From Longimicrobiales bacterium (GTDB taxonomy: Bacteria; Gemmatimonadota; Gemmatimonadetes; Longimicrobiales; Gaopeijiaceae), in contig OZ241869.1 in the NCBI GenBank assembly GCA_965202805.1, positions 608,001-672,000 on the forward strand: a DNA stretch of 64,000 nt, given 5' to 3'. The notes under the pieces were generated by a model. That model was not told the origin of the DNA and made no database searches. It saw nothing but the letters and a program-made list of their open reading frames with translations. The translations under genes and the position numbers were made by a program. Positions 8,560-18,086 of this stretch are shown one piece after another; the stretch's first letter is position 1; every line of letters begins with the position of its first letter.

Positions 8560-10806
8560 ATGCCGAGAGTGCCCGCAGACGCCCCTGTCTACCGCGCCGC
8601 CGCTCGCTGGAGAGATCGGTGTCTTCGAGACGATGGATCCGTTCTATCGGAGAAGTCGCTTTGGACTGCGGAGAATGTGGGATACCTAGTCACCCATTTT
8701 GCGGAGAATCCGGACGAGGGGGAAGGGACGTTCTTCGAGAAGCTGGAATACCAGCTGGCTTTGGCGCCCGGTAGCGCGAAGCAGCTCGCGGCGGAGATGT
8801 TCTGGGTGATGTACCTGTTTCCCGTCCCGAAATCGATGCAGCCCGGGACGAAGCGCCAACAGATTCGCCAGGTCTGGGAATGGTCGGATGAGCCGCTCCC
8901 CGACGCCCCGTTTGAACTCGAGGAGGCTCTCAATGACGGCCTCGGTCACCCTGGCACGGCTTTCAATACGCAGCGATGGAGGGAGTTGCTTTTTTTCGTC
9001 CGACTGATGGAGGCGTGGAAGCGCTCGTCCGTCCCGCAACGGGAGGCTCGACTTGGAGACCCCTGGAATCTCGCGGAATGGCTTAAGGAGCAGGACAAGA
9101 CGAGAACCCGACAACTACGCCACATTGTGTTGTGCCTTCTCTTTCCCGACCACTTCGAGCCTTTTGCCACGGGGTATCAGAAGCGGATCATCGCGCAGGC
9201 GTTCGCCAAGAGATTCGGTGAGGACCTGTCCGCAGTAGACTACAAGGACAGAATTACCGTTGATCGGCAGATACTGGTCATCCGGGAAAAGCTCCAAAAG
9301 GACGAGGGCGCCGCTCCGGACTTCGACTTCCACGACGAACCGTACTTGAAGGTCTGGCGGCCGGACGACGAAGAAGTCGATGATGACGGTTATCCAACTC
9401 TGGAGGAAGCCGAGCGATGGTATCAGGAGAGGTTCGGCGAGGCCCGGGTGTGGGCGCTGGCGCCGGGTGCGGGCGCGCAGTTCTGGAATGAGTTCCAGAA
9501 AGAGGGGATCATTGCGATCGGATGGGATGAGCTCGGAGATCTCCGAGAACTCAGCACCAGGGAACACATTCACGAGCAGATCCGGGAAGCCTACGGCACG
9601 GCCAATCCGACGATGGGCTCCCTGGCCTGCTATCAGTTCGCCCGCGAGATGCAACCTGGAGACCATGTGGTGATCAAGCAGGGGCGTACGCTGCTGCTGG
9701 GTCACGGGGTCATCGAATCCGACTACGAGTTCGATGAGCGCCGTTCCGAATTCCGAAACACACGTCGCGTCAGATGGGAGAAGACCGGTCGGTGGCCGTT
9801 CACGAAGAAGCGTGCCATTACCACCAAGACCCTCACCGATTTCAGTAGCTACAAGCGGTGGCTGCTGTTTGCTTTCCGGCTCATGGAAGGGACAGATCCT
9901 CCGCTACCTCCCCCGCCCAACGGAGACCCGTCGCGGTACACTCGCCGGGATGCTCTGGAGGATCTCTTCCTTTCCAGGGCGGAGTTCGACCACATCATCG
10001 AAGCCCTCGAACGCAAGAAGAACATCGTCCTCGAAGGGCCTCCCGGTGTCGGGAAGACGTTCATAGCCAAGCGCCTGGCATACCGCGTAATCCGGTACCA
10101 GGTCCCCGAGAGAGTGCGGATGATCCAGTTCCACCAGAGCTACGCGTACGAAGACTTCATCCAGGGATATCGGCCGCGCGACGACGGGGGATTCGAGCTG
10201 CGCAACGGGGTGTTCTTCTCGTTCTGCCGCGAGGCGGCCGCCAACCCCGACGATCGCTACGTCTTCATCATCGATGAGGTGAACCGCGGGAACCTCAGCA
10301 AGATCTTCGGTGAGCTGATGATGCTCATCGAGGCCGACAAGCGGGGTAGGGAATACGCCGTCCCACTGACCTATTCGCCCGATGCCAAGCCCTTCCATGT
10401 TCCATCGAACCTCTATCTGATCGGCATGATGAACACGGCCGACCGGTCCTTGGCGATGGTGGACTACGCGCTTCGCCGGCGTTTCGCGTTCATTCGCCTT
10501 CCGCCCGCCTTCGGAACCGACCAGTTCAGCAATTTCCTGAACGCCGTGGGTGTGCCCGAGGAGATCGTCGAGAAGATCGTGGTCCGTCTCTCGGCTCTCA
10601 ACGAGAGGATAAGAGCCGATCGAAAGAACCTGGGCCCCGGCTTCGAGATCGGGCACAGCTTCTTCTGCCCGGGCGACGATGACGGGGCGCTCGACGAGTC
10701 CTGGTACGAATCGATCATCCGCAGGGAGATCAAACCCCTGCTGCGGGAATACTGGTTCGACCGTCCCGATCAGGTGGACCAGGAGGTCCGGGCGCTGCTG
10801 GCGTGA
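8560..10806 (+). CDS. mcrB: McrB-family AAA+ GTPase of a modification-dependent restriction system
   Basis: GPPGVGKT, QFHQSYAYEDF, IDEVNRGNLSKIFGE, MNTADRS; long N-terminus with an EVE/PUA-like segment. Confidence 0.93.
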   Translation: MPRVPADAPVYRAAARWRDRCLRDDGSVLSEKSLWTAENVGYLVTHFAENPDEGEGTFFEKLEYQLALAPGSAKQLAAEMFWVMYLFPVPKSMQPGTKRQQIRQVWEWSDEPLPDAPFELEEALNDGLGHPGTAFNTQRWRELLFFVRLMEAWKRSSVPQREARLGDPWNLAEWLKEQDKTRTRQLRHIVLCLLFPDHFEPFATGYQKRIIAQAFAKRFGEDLSAVDYKDRITVDRQILVIREKLQKDEGAAPDFDFHDEPYLKVWRPDDEEVDDDGYPTLEEAERWYQERFGEARVWALAPGAGAQFWNEFQKEGIIAIGWDELGDLRELSTREHIHEQIREAYGTANPTMGSLACYQFAREMQPGDHVVIKQGRTLLLGHGVIESDYEFDERRSEFRNTRRVRWEKTGRWPFTKKRAITTKTLTDFSSYKRWLLFAFRLMEGTDPPLPPPPNGDPSRYTRRDALEDLFLSRAEFDHIIEALERKKNIVLEGPPGVGKTFIAKRLAYRVIRYQVPERVRMIQFHQSYAYEDFIQGYRPRDDGGFELRNGVFFSFCREAAANPDDRYVFIIDEVNRGNLSKIFGELMMLIEADKRGREYAVPLTYSPDAKPFHVPSNLYLIGMMNTADRSLAMVDYALRRRFAFIRLPPAFGTDQFSNFLNAVGVPEEIVEKIVVRLSALNERIRADRKNLGPGFEIGHSFFCPGDDDGALDESWYESIIRREIKPLLREYWFDRPDQVDQEVRALLA

Positions 10807-11873
10807 AGATTCCGGTCAGGAACATCTATTATCTCCTCTGCTACGCCTGGGGCTACGTAAGGGAGGGGGAGACGGTCGATGTCGGATCCGAGCAGTTCGG
10901 CGGGCTGGTCGACTTGTTCGCCAAGGTGCTGAACGAAGGCGTCGCGCGGGTCGTTTCCCGCGGTCTCGACCGGGACTACCTCGCCGTCCAAGAGGACATC
11001 CGGGGCCTAAAGGGCAAGCTCGATCTCGCGACCACGGTAAAGCGGAACCTGTTGCTGAACGGCAAGACACACTGCGCCTTCGATGAATTGAGCTACGACG
11101 TGCCGCAGAATCGGATTCTCAAGGCGACCCTGCGCCAACTGACCTTTGTCACCGGTCTCGATCCGCGCGAGCGCCGCCGGGCCGAACGCCTTTACCGGAA
11201 GCTGGACGCGGTCTCCGATGTCCGTGTGACCGCGAGTCTCTTCCGCACCGTCCAGATCCACCGCAACAACCGGTTCTACAGCTTTCTCCTGCACCTCTGC
11301 CGCATCATCCACGAGAATCTCCTGGTGAACGAAGAGGAGGGTACGGCGCAGTTCCGCGATTTCCGCGAGGACGAGCACCAGATGGGACTGCTCTTCGAAC
11401 AGTTCGTGAAGACGTTCTGCGAACGGGAGACGGACTACAGGGTGAGTGCGCCCAGGATCGACTGGTTCGGGGCGGAGAGAAGCGAGACGGACCTCCGGCA
11501 TCTTCCGGGCATGCAGACCGACATCGTGCTGCGGTCGCCCGAACACACGATCATCGTCGACACCAAGTTCTACAAGAATCCGCTGGATACGCGGTTCGAT
11601 GGAAGGCGGGTCCATTCGGGCAACCTCTACCAGGTTTTCACGTATGTGACGAACTGGGCCGCGGCGGCCCCTGCGGACGAGCCTGAACCGGAAGGATGGC
11701 TGCTGTACGCGGCGGTCGATGGCGATTTCGACTACCGGTTTGAGCTGATGGGGCGGCGGATCCGGGTGTGCTCGATAGATTTGGCGCAGGAGTGGAGGGG
11801 GATTGAGAGGGACTTGAGAGGGTTGGTGCGCGTGGCGACGGAGCGCTATAGTGGCTCCGCGATGCCCACCTGA
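10803..11873 (+). CDS. mcrC: McrC-family restriction nuclease subunit
   Basis: IPVRNIYYLLCYAW start, MQTDIVL...IIVDTKFY, NLYQ..Y; 4-bp overlap with mcrB. Confidence 0.93.
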   Translation: MKIPVRNIYYLLCYAWGYVREGETVDVGSEQFGGLVDLFAKVLNEGVARVVSRGLDRDYLAVQEDIRGLKGKLDLATTVKRNLLLNGKTHCAFDELSYDVPQNRILKATLRQLTFVTGLDPRERRRAERLYRKLDAVSDVRVTASLFRTVQIHRNNRFYSFLLHLCRIIHENLLVNEEEGTAQFRDFREDEHQMGLLFEQFVKTFCERETDYRVSAPRIDWFGAERSETDLRHLPGMQTDIVLRSPEHTIIVDTKFYKNPLDTRFDGRRVHSGNLYQVFTYVTNWAAAAPADEPEPEGWLLYAAVDGDFDYRFELMGRRIRVCSIDLAQEWRGIERDLRGLVRVATERYSGSAMPT

Positions 11874-11907
11874 TTCCAATGCAGCAAGAAACGCTCCCCG
11901 CACGGAC

Positions 11908-14115
11908 ATGACGACCACTACGGCCACCACCCCGAACCTCAACTGGATCGCCAACTACATCTGGGGCATCGCGGACGATGTCCTCCGCGATGTCTACGTG
12001 CGCGGCAAGTACCGCGACGTCATCCTCCCCATGACCGTCCTTCGCCGCCTCGACGCGGTGCTCGAACCCACCAAGGGGGCCGTCCTCGCCATGAAGGACT
12101 CGCTCGACGACATCGGGGTCGTCGACCAGAAAGCCGCGCTCCGCGAAGCGGCCAGGCAGGCCTTCTACAACACGTCGAAGTTCACCCTGAAGGATCTCCG
12201 GGCCCGGGCCAGCCGGCAGCAACTCAAGGCCGACTTCGAGGACTACCTCGACGGCTTCTCGCCAAGCGTTCAGGACATCCTCGAGAACTTCGAGTTCCGC
12301 AACCAGGTCCCGCGCCTCTCTAGGGCCGACGCCTTGGGCTCGCTGATCGAGAAACTCACCTCGCGCGACATTAACTTGAGCCCAGAGCCGGTCATGAACA
12401 CCGACGGCACGGTCCGGCATCCCGGGCTCGACAACCACGGCATGGGCACGATCTTCGAGGAGTTGATCCGGCGTTTCAACGAGGAGAACAACGAGGAGGC
12501 GGGCGAGCACTTCACGCCGCGCGATGCGGTGAAGCTCATGGCCAACTTGGTGTTCTTGCCCGTAGCGGACCAGATCGAGTCCGGCACTTACCTGCTCTAT
12601 GATGGCGCTTGCGGCACCGGTGGCATGCTTACCGTGGCCGAGGACGTGGTGCAGCAGATCGCGAAGGAGCGGGGCAAGCAGGTGTCCACCCACCTCTTCG
12701 GCCAGGAGATCAATGCCGAGACATACGCCATCTGCAAGGCCGACCTCCTGCTGAAGGGCGAGGGGGAGGCCGCCGACAACATCGTGGGCGGCCCGGAGCA
12801 CTCCACCCTCTCCAACGACGCCTTCCCGACGCGCGAGTTCGACTTCATGCTCTCCAACCCACCGTACGGCAAGAGCTGGAAGACTGACCTGCAGCGCATG
12901 GGCGGCAAGAAGGAGATGCGCGATCACCGGTTCGTGATCGAGCACGCGGACGATCCCGAGTACTCCTTGGTCACCCGCTCCAGCGACGGCCAGATGCTCT
13001 TCCTGGCCAACAAGCTCTCCAAGATGAAGGAGGGGACCAGGCTCGGGAGCCGCATCGCCGAGGTCCACAACGGCAGCTCGCTTTTCACCGGCTCCGCGGG
13101 ACAGGGCGAAAGTAACATCCGCCGCTGGATCATCGAGAACGACTGGCTGGAAGCGATCGTCGCCCTGCCGCTCAACATGTTCTACAACACCGGCATCGCG
13201 ACCTACGTCTGGGTGCTCACGAACCGGAAGCCCGCGCACCGCAGGGGTAAGGTGCAACTGATCGACGCCACGAAGTGGTTCCGTCCGCTGAGGAAGAACC
13301 TGGGGAAGAAGAATTGCGAACTCGGGCCGGAGGACATCGAGAGGATCTGCCGGACGTTCCTCGAATTCGAGGAGACCGAGGAGAGCAGGATCTTCGACAA
13401 CGAGGCGCTCGGGTACTGGAAGGTGACGGTGGAGCGGCCGTTACGGTTGAAGGTGGATCTGTCGGAAGAGCGGCGGGATGTGTTCTTCGACGCGTGTATC
13501 GACGCGGGAGATGTGAAGCTGGGGGATGCGGTGCACACGGTGGGGGAAAGGATGGGTCCCGGGCCGCATTTGGACTACAATCGGTTCCTAGAGATGGTGA
13601 AGGCGGAGATGCCGCGGCCTGGGGGCACGATGACGGCAAAGCGGAAAAGGCTCCTGCTGGATGCGTTGGCGGAGCAGGATGAAGGGGCTGCGCCGGTGGT
13701 CAAGAAGGTTCATCGAAGGGGGACGGCGGTGGACTCCATCCGGGGCCTGTACGAGCTCGGCGATGGCGCCCAGAAGCGGGCCGTCGAGTACGAACCGGAC
13801 TCGGGACTGCGGGACACGGAGCAGATTCCGTTGCAGGAAGAGCGCGGGATTGAGGGGTTCCTGCGGCGTGAAGTGTTGCCGTATTCCGGGGATGCGTGGT
13901 ACGTACCGAAGAGCGTGAAGGTCGGCTACGAGATCAGCTTCAACCGGTACTTCTACAAGCCCGAGCCGATGCGGACGTTGGAGGAGATTCGGGCGGATAT
14001 TTTGGCGGTGCAAAAGGAGGCTGAAGGACTGTTGGGCGGGATCGTCGGGGCTGGAACAGTGCCCGTACATCCATCCAGCCGATCGCCTTCCGGAGGTGAA
14101 TCCAGATGGCCCTAG
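11908..14115 (+). CDS. hsdM: Type I restriction-modification methyltransferase subunit M
   Basis: IWGIADDVLR, AGEHFTPRD, YDGACGTGGML, NPPYG motifs. Confidence 0.95.
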   Translation: MTTTTATTPNLNWIANYIWGIADDVLRDVYVRGKYRDVILPMTVLRRLDAVLEPTKGAVLAMKDSLDDIGVVDQKAALREAARQAFYNTSKFTLKDLRARASRQQLKADFEDYLDGFSPSVQDILENFEFRNQVPRLSRADALGSLIEKLTSRDINLSPEPVMNTDGTVRHPGLDNHGMGTIFEELIRRFNEENNEEAGEHFTPRDAVKLMANLVFLPVADQIESGTYLLYDGACGTGGMLTVAEDVVQQIAKERGKQVSTHLFGQEINAETYAICKADLLLKGEGEAADNIVGGPEHSTLSNDAFPTREFDFMLSNPPYGKSWKTDLQRMGGKKEMRDHRFVIEHADDPEYSLVTRSSDGQMLFLANKLSKMKEGTRLGSRIAEVHNGSSLFTGSAGQGESNIRRWIIENDWLEAIVALPLNMFYNTGIATYVWVLTNRKPAHRRGKVQLIDATKWFRPLRKNLGKKNCELGPEDIERICRTFLEFEETEESRIFDNEALGYWKVTVERPLRLKVDLSEERRDVFFDACIDAGDVKLGDAVHTVGERMGPGPHLDYNRFLEMVKAEMPRPGGTMTAKRKRLLLDALAEQDEGAAPVVKKVHRRGTAVDSIRGLYELGDGAQKRAVEYEPDSGLRDTEQIPLQEERGIEGFLRREVLPYSGDAWYVPKSVKVGYEISFNRYFYKPEPMRTLEEIRADILAVQKEAEGLLGGIVGAGTVPVHPSSRSPSGGESRWP

Positions 14116-16697
14116 AAGAGAGGATCGTCGCTTGGAGCAAGGAACGTCCAGCTTGGCAGCGCGATGTCATGCGTAGGACTGCTATCGGCGAACTCCTTTC
14201 CGACAGGGACTACGATCGGTTGGTCGACGACATAGCTGGCCCGACAGCCAGTCCCGAAGTCACCTTCGGATTGGAGCATTTTCCAAGATCGGCATCGGAG
14301 GACCCTTCGGTTCAGGTCCTGTCCATACTAAACACCGCTCATGTAAATGCCCTCTCCTCCGAGCGCCCCCTCACCTTTGCGCCGAATGGCCTGACCATCG
14401 TTTATGGCGACAACGGGAGCGGAAAATCTGGCTATGCACGACTCCTCAAGCGTATCACACGTGCACGGCACCAAGAAGAGGTGTTATCAGACGTTTTTCG
14501 CGACACAGCGAAAGAAAGGCCCACCGCTAGCCTCTCGGTGCGGGTTGGTGACCACGACAAGGTGGTGTCCTGGCCCGAGCCACAGCAACAGGAACTGCAG
14601 CGGGTGCTTTTTTACGACGGAGCATGTCGGGACGCATACGTGGCTGACGAGTCGGATTTTCCATATCGGCCTTCTGCACTCCTAGTCATGGACGGTCTCA
14701 TCCGTGCCTGTGTCGCCGTACGCAGCCGGATCGATTCAAGGCTGTCCAAGAACCTTCGATCAAGGATCCAGCTACCTATCGCTCAAGCCGAGCTGAGGAA
14801 CTCCGAAGCTGGTCAGTTCCTCGAACGACTGTCTGGTAGCACTTCGGTCGACAGACTGGACGGGTTGATCTCTCAGCTTGACGGCATGCCAGAGACCATC
14901 GATGAACTGAAAGCTAGAGAGGACCTCCTCGGAAGTGCTGACAGGAGCTCCGAACGCCGGAGCTTAACGCACCAAGCCGAAAGATTGCGTGCTCTCCACA
15001 GGCATATCAAAGGGTTACAATCGTCAATTTATGGTGATTCGATCGCCTCGTTACAAAATAGTCTCGACGAGTTGAATGCCCTCCAACAGGCGGCAAACGC
15101 TACCGCAGGAAAATTCAAATCGGAACCTCTGCGTGGCGTAGGGAGCATGGCTTGGAAGGCACTTTGGAACTCCGCGAGACGCTTTTCGCGAGAATACGCC
15201 TACCCCAATCGCCCGTTTCCCATGGTCGAAGACGAGAGCCGATGCGTTTTGTGTCAGCAAACACTCGACTCAGCGGGCCGCGATCGGTTGTCTTCATTTG
15301 AGACCTTTGTCAAAGAAGACACGCAAAAGCACCTGGATAGAAGTCGGCGGCAGCACGATGCGCAGGTGAATAGACTGAAGGAGCTAGACATTTCACCAAA
15401 GTACATTGTCCAATACTTGCGCGACCTCCACCCGACCCATCCCGATCTCGTCGCGCGGTGCCAAGCACTGATCAACGCCTACAGCAACGTGGTAGATCGG
15501 ACGGTCGTCGCGCTTGCTGGAGCGGGAGAATTTCCGCGTGTTGATATTGATTCGAGTGCCGTTCTGGATGAAATCGCCGGCGCCACGCGGAGAACCAGAG
15601 AGCTTTCCGCTAGTCTTGACGACCCAATTCTTGTGCAACAACAACTTGCACAGGTTGCTGCACGACGAGGTAAGATCGAGTTGCTGCTGGAGATCAAGAA
15701 GTCGCGTGAAGCTATTCTCCGTGAGATCCGACGTTTGAGGGAAAGAGAAGCTCTAGAGGCCGCTAAGTCTGCTGCGGCGACGGGACCTATTACGAAGAAG
15801 GTGAAGGAACTCTCGGAAGCGAGCATCACCGACGTCATCCGCGATGCGTTCACGCGGGAAACGCAACGTCTCCGACTGGAACGTGTGACCATGTCCCGAA
15901 CGCGCGGGAAGAGAGGGGCGCTGCTGCATCGGCCCAGGCTAGTGGGAGCGCGACAAGATGTGAAGCTGCCGCGTGTCTTCAGCGAAGGCGAGCGAACAGC
16001 GCTGGGCCTAGCGGCCTTCTTTACTGAGGCCCGTTTGGATACCTCGAGGTCTGGCTTGATTCTAGACGATCCTGTAACCTCGCTTGACCATGTTCGTCGT
16101 GAGCTCGTGGCCTCGAGAATGGCGGAATTCGCCGAGGATCGGCAAGTCATCGTGTTCACACACGATGTGGCTTTCGTTGGGGACCTAAAGCGAGAGGCGA
16201 AGGGGCGCAGCGTCTCAGTTGCGGAACGGTCCGTGGTTCGAAGTCGCGCAGAGGAGAGAAAGCCCGGTGCTTGCACCACTGACCACCCCTGGAAGGCGAA
16301 AGAAGTAGGAGCACGCCTCGACGAACTGCGCCGTGATCTGGCGCGGATACGTAGAGAAAGCCAAGAATTGGATGAGAGGTCCTACGAGGATGCTGTGGGC
16401 GTCTGGGCTGGGAAGCTATCGGAGACGTGGGAGAGCGTCTTTCGGCAGGAGATCGTCGGAGCGATTCTGGCGGAGGGCGGGCTCGAAGTCCGCCCGATGA
16501 TGGTGAAAGCCATAGCTCGGTTTTCCGATACAGACCATAAAGAATTTCAAGCCAGCTACAGCCGTGTGTCGAAGTGGGCGAAGCGTCACGATAAGAGCGC
16601 AATGGTCAACTATGTCCCGCCCGAGGTTAACGAGCTGGAGCGGGAACTCGAGGGTGTGACGACCTGGTTCAAACGGGTGAGGGGTTACAAGAAGTGA
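14106..16697 (+). CDS. Rad50/SMC-like ABC ATPase with zinc hook (RloC-like candidate)
   Basis: Walker A GDNGSGKS, coiled coil with central CVLC, signature FSEGE, Walker B/D-loop LDDPVTSLD, H-loop FTHD, extra ~130-aa helical C-terminal domain. Confidence 0.75.
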   Translation: MALEERIVAWSKERPAWQRDVMRRTAIGELLSDRDYDRLVDDIAGPTASPEVTFGLEHFPRSASEDPSVQVLSILNTAHVNALSSERPLTFAPNGLTIVYGDNGSGKSGYARLLKRITRARHQEEVLSDVFRDTAKERPTASLSVRVGDHDKVVSWPEPQQQELQRVLFYDGACRDAYVADESDFPYRPSALLVMDGLIRACVAVRSRIDSRLSKNLRSRIQLPIAQAELRNSEAGQFLERLSGSTSVDRLDGLISQLDGMPETIDELKAREDLLGSADRSSERRSLTHQAERLRALHRHIKGLQSSIYGDSIASLQNSLDELNALQQAANATAGKFKSEPLRGVGSMAWKALWNSARRFSREYAYPNRPFPMVEDESRCVLCQQTLDSAGRDRLSSFETFVKEDTQKHLDRSRRQHDAQVNRLKELDISPKYIVQYLRDLHPTHPDLVARCQALINAYSNVVDRTVVALAGAGEFPRVDIDSSAVLDEIAGATRRTRELSASLDDPILVQQQLAQVAARRGKIELLLEIKKSREAILREIRRLREREALEAAKSAAATGPITKKVKELSEASITDVIRDAFTRETQRLRLERVTMSRTRGKRGALLHRPRLVGARQDVKLPRVFSEGERTALGLAAFFTEARLDTSRSGLILDDPVTSLDHVRRELVASRMAEFAEDRQVIVFTHDVAFVGDLKREAKGRSVSVAERSVVRSRAEERKPGACTTDHPWKAKEVGARLDELRRDLARIRRESQELDERSYEDAVGVWAGKLSETWESVFRQEIVGAILAEGGLEVRPMMVKAIARFSDTDHKEFQASYSRVSKWAKRHDKSAMVNYVPPEVNELERELEGVTTWFKRVRGYKK

Positions 16698-18049
16698 CCG
16701 AGGGTCTTGGACGATGCCACCACTCAAGGACGGGATGTGGTGTGCCTTGGGCAGGCGAGGTGCCTCGTCGCTGGCAAACGGTTCGGGCCAAGTGGCTGTT
16801 CACCAAGATGGATCGACCTGTTAGGCCGGGTGACGAGGTCGTGACCTGCTTTCGCGATGGCACCGTGACTCTTCGCAAGAACCGGCGAGAAACGGGCTAC
16901 ACGGAGTCTTTGAAGGAGATCGGCTATCAGGGAGTCCGCAGTGGTGACTTGGTCATCCATACAATGGATGCCTTTGCCGGTGCCTGTGGCGTTTCCGATT
17001 CCGACGGGAAGAGTACGCCCGTGTATTCGGTGTGTGTCCCTAGGGATGGGGCGACGAACTCTCATTACTACGCATATTGCGTTCGCGAGATGGCTAGGAA
17101 CCAATGGGTCTTGGCTCTTTCACGAGGCGTACGAGAGCGATCGACGGACTTCCGCTTCGCTGCCTTCGGGGACCAACTGGTTCCCGCGCCGTCCAGTTCG
17201 GAACAATCGGCCATCGTCCGCTTCCTAGGCCACGCGGAGCGGCGCATTCTACGCTATATACGCGCCAAGGAAAGGCTGATCGAGCTGCTAGAAGACCAGA
17301 AGCAGGCCATCATTCACCAGTCCGTCACTGGCCAGATCGATGTCCGAACCGGCCAGCCCTATCCGGCTTACAAGGAATCCGGGGTGGAGTGGTTGAGGGA
17401 GGTGCCGGAGCATTGGGAGCTATCTCGGGTCAAGGGCGAATTTGAATGCCTCAACCGGCATCGAGTACCGCTGAGCAGCGTCGAGCGGGGCAAGATGGTC
17501 TCGCGCCGGTATGACTACTACGGGGCGTCAGGCATCATCGATAAGGTCGATGACTATCTATTTGATGATGAGCTGCTATTGATAGCGGAGGATGGCGCGA
17601 ATCTGGTGTTGCGGAACTTGCCGTTAGCGATCATTGCTACGGGAAGGTTCTGGGTGAACAACCATGCTCACATTCTCAAACCAAGACGCGGGAATATTCA
17701 ATTCCTCGCATGGGTAATGGAGAGCCTGAGTTACTTGCCGTGGATCTCAGGAGCGACACAACCTAAACTCACTCAGGATCGCCTCATGGGGATCGCCATT
17801 GCGGTTCCTCCGCGTGGCGAGCAGGATGAGATGATCGTATTGTTGAAGGATCGGACCATCGAGCTGACCTCTGCTGTCACTCGGGTGAATCAAGAAATCG
17901 ACCTCCTCCGCGAATACCGCACCCGCCTCATCGCCGACGTCGTCACCGGCAAGCTTGACGTCCGCGAGGCCGCGGCCTCCCTCCCAGACACCGACCCTCT
18001 TACAACAGACGGCCTGAGCGACAACTCCGAGACACAAGCCACAACCTAG
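16694..18049 (+). CDS. hsdS: Type I RM specificity subunit S
   Basis: Two TRDs with conserved spacers (GVPWAGEVP..W; EQSAIVRFL; YKESGVEWLREVPEHW; LLREYRTRLIADVVTGKLDVR). Confidence 0.93.
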   Translation: MTEGLGRCHHSRTGCGVPWAGEVPRRWQTVRAKWLFTKMDRPVRPGDEVVTCFRDGTVTLRKNRRETGYTESLKEIGYQGVRSGDLVIHTMDAFAGACGVSDSDGKSTPVYSVCVPRDGATNSHYYAYCVREMARNQWVLALSRGVRERSTDFRFAAFGDQLVPAPSSSEQSAIVRFLGHAERRILRYIRAKERLIELLEDQKQAIIHQSVTGQIDVRTGQPYPAYKESGVEWLREVPEHWELSRVKGEFECLNRHRVPLSSVERGKMVSRRYDYYGASGIIDKVDDYLFDDELLLIAEDGANLVLRNLPLAIIATGRFWVNNHAHILKPRRGNIQFLAWVMESLSYLPWISGATQPKLTQDRLMGIAIAVPPRGEQDEMIVLLKDRTIELTSAVTRVNQEIDLLREYRTRLIADVVTGKLDVREAAASLPDTDPLTTDGLSDNSETQATT

Positions 18050-18086
18050 GGCGATATTCCAACCCCCGCCTACCCCCACCCCATCC

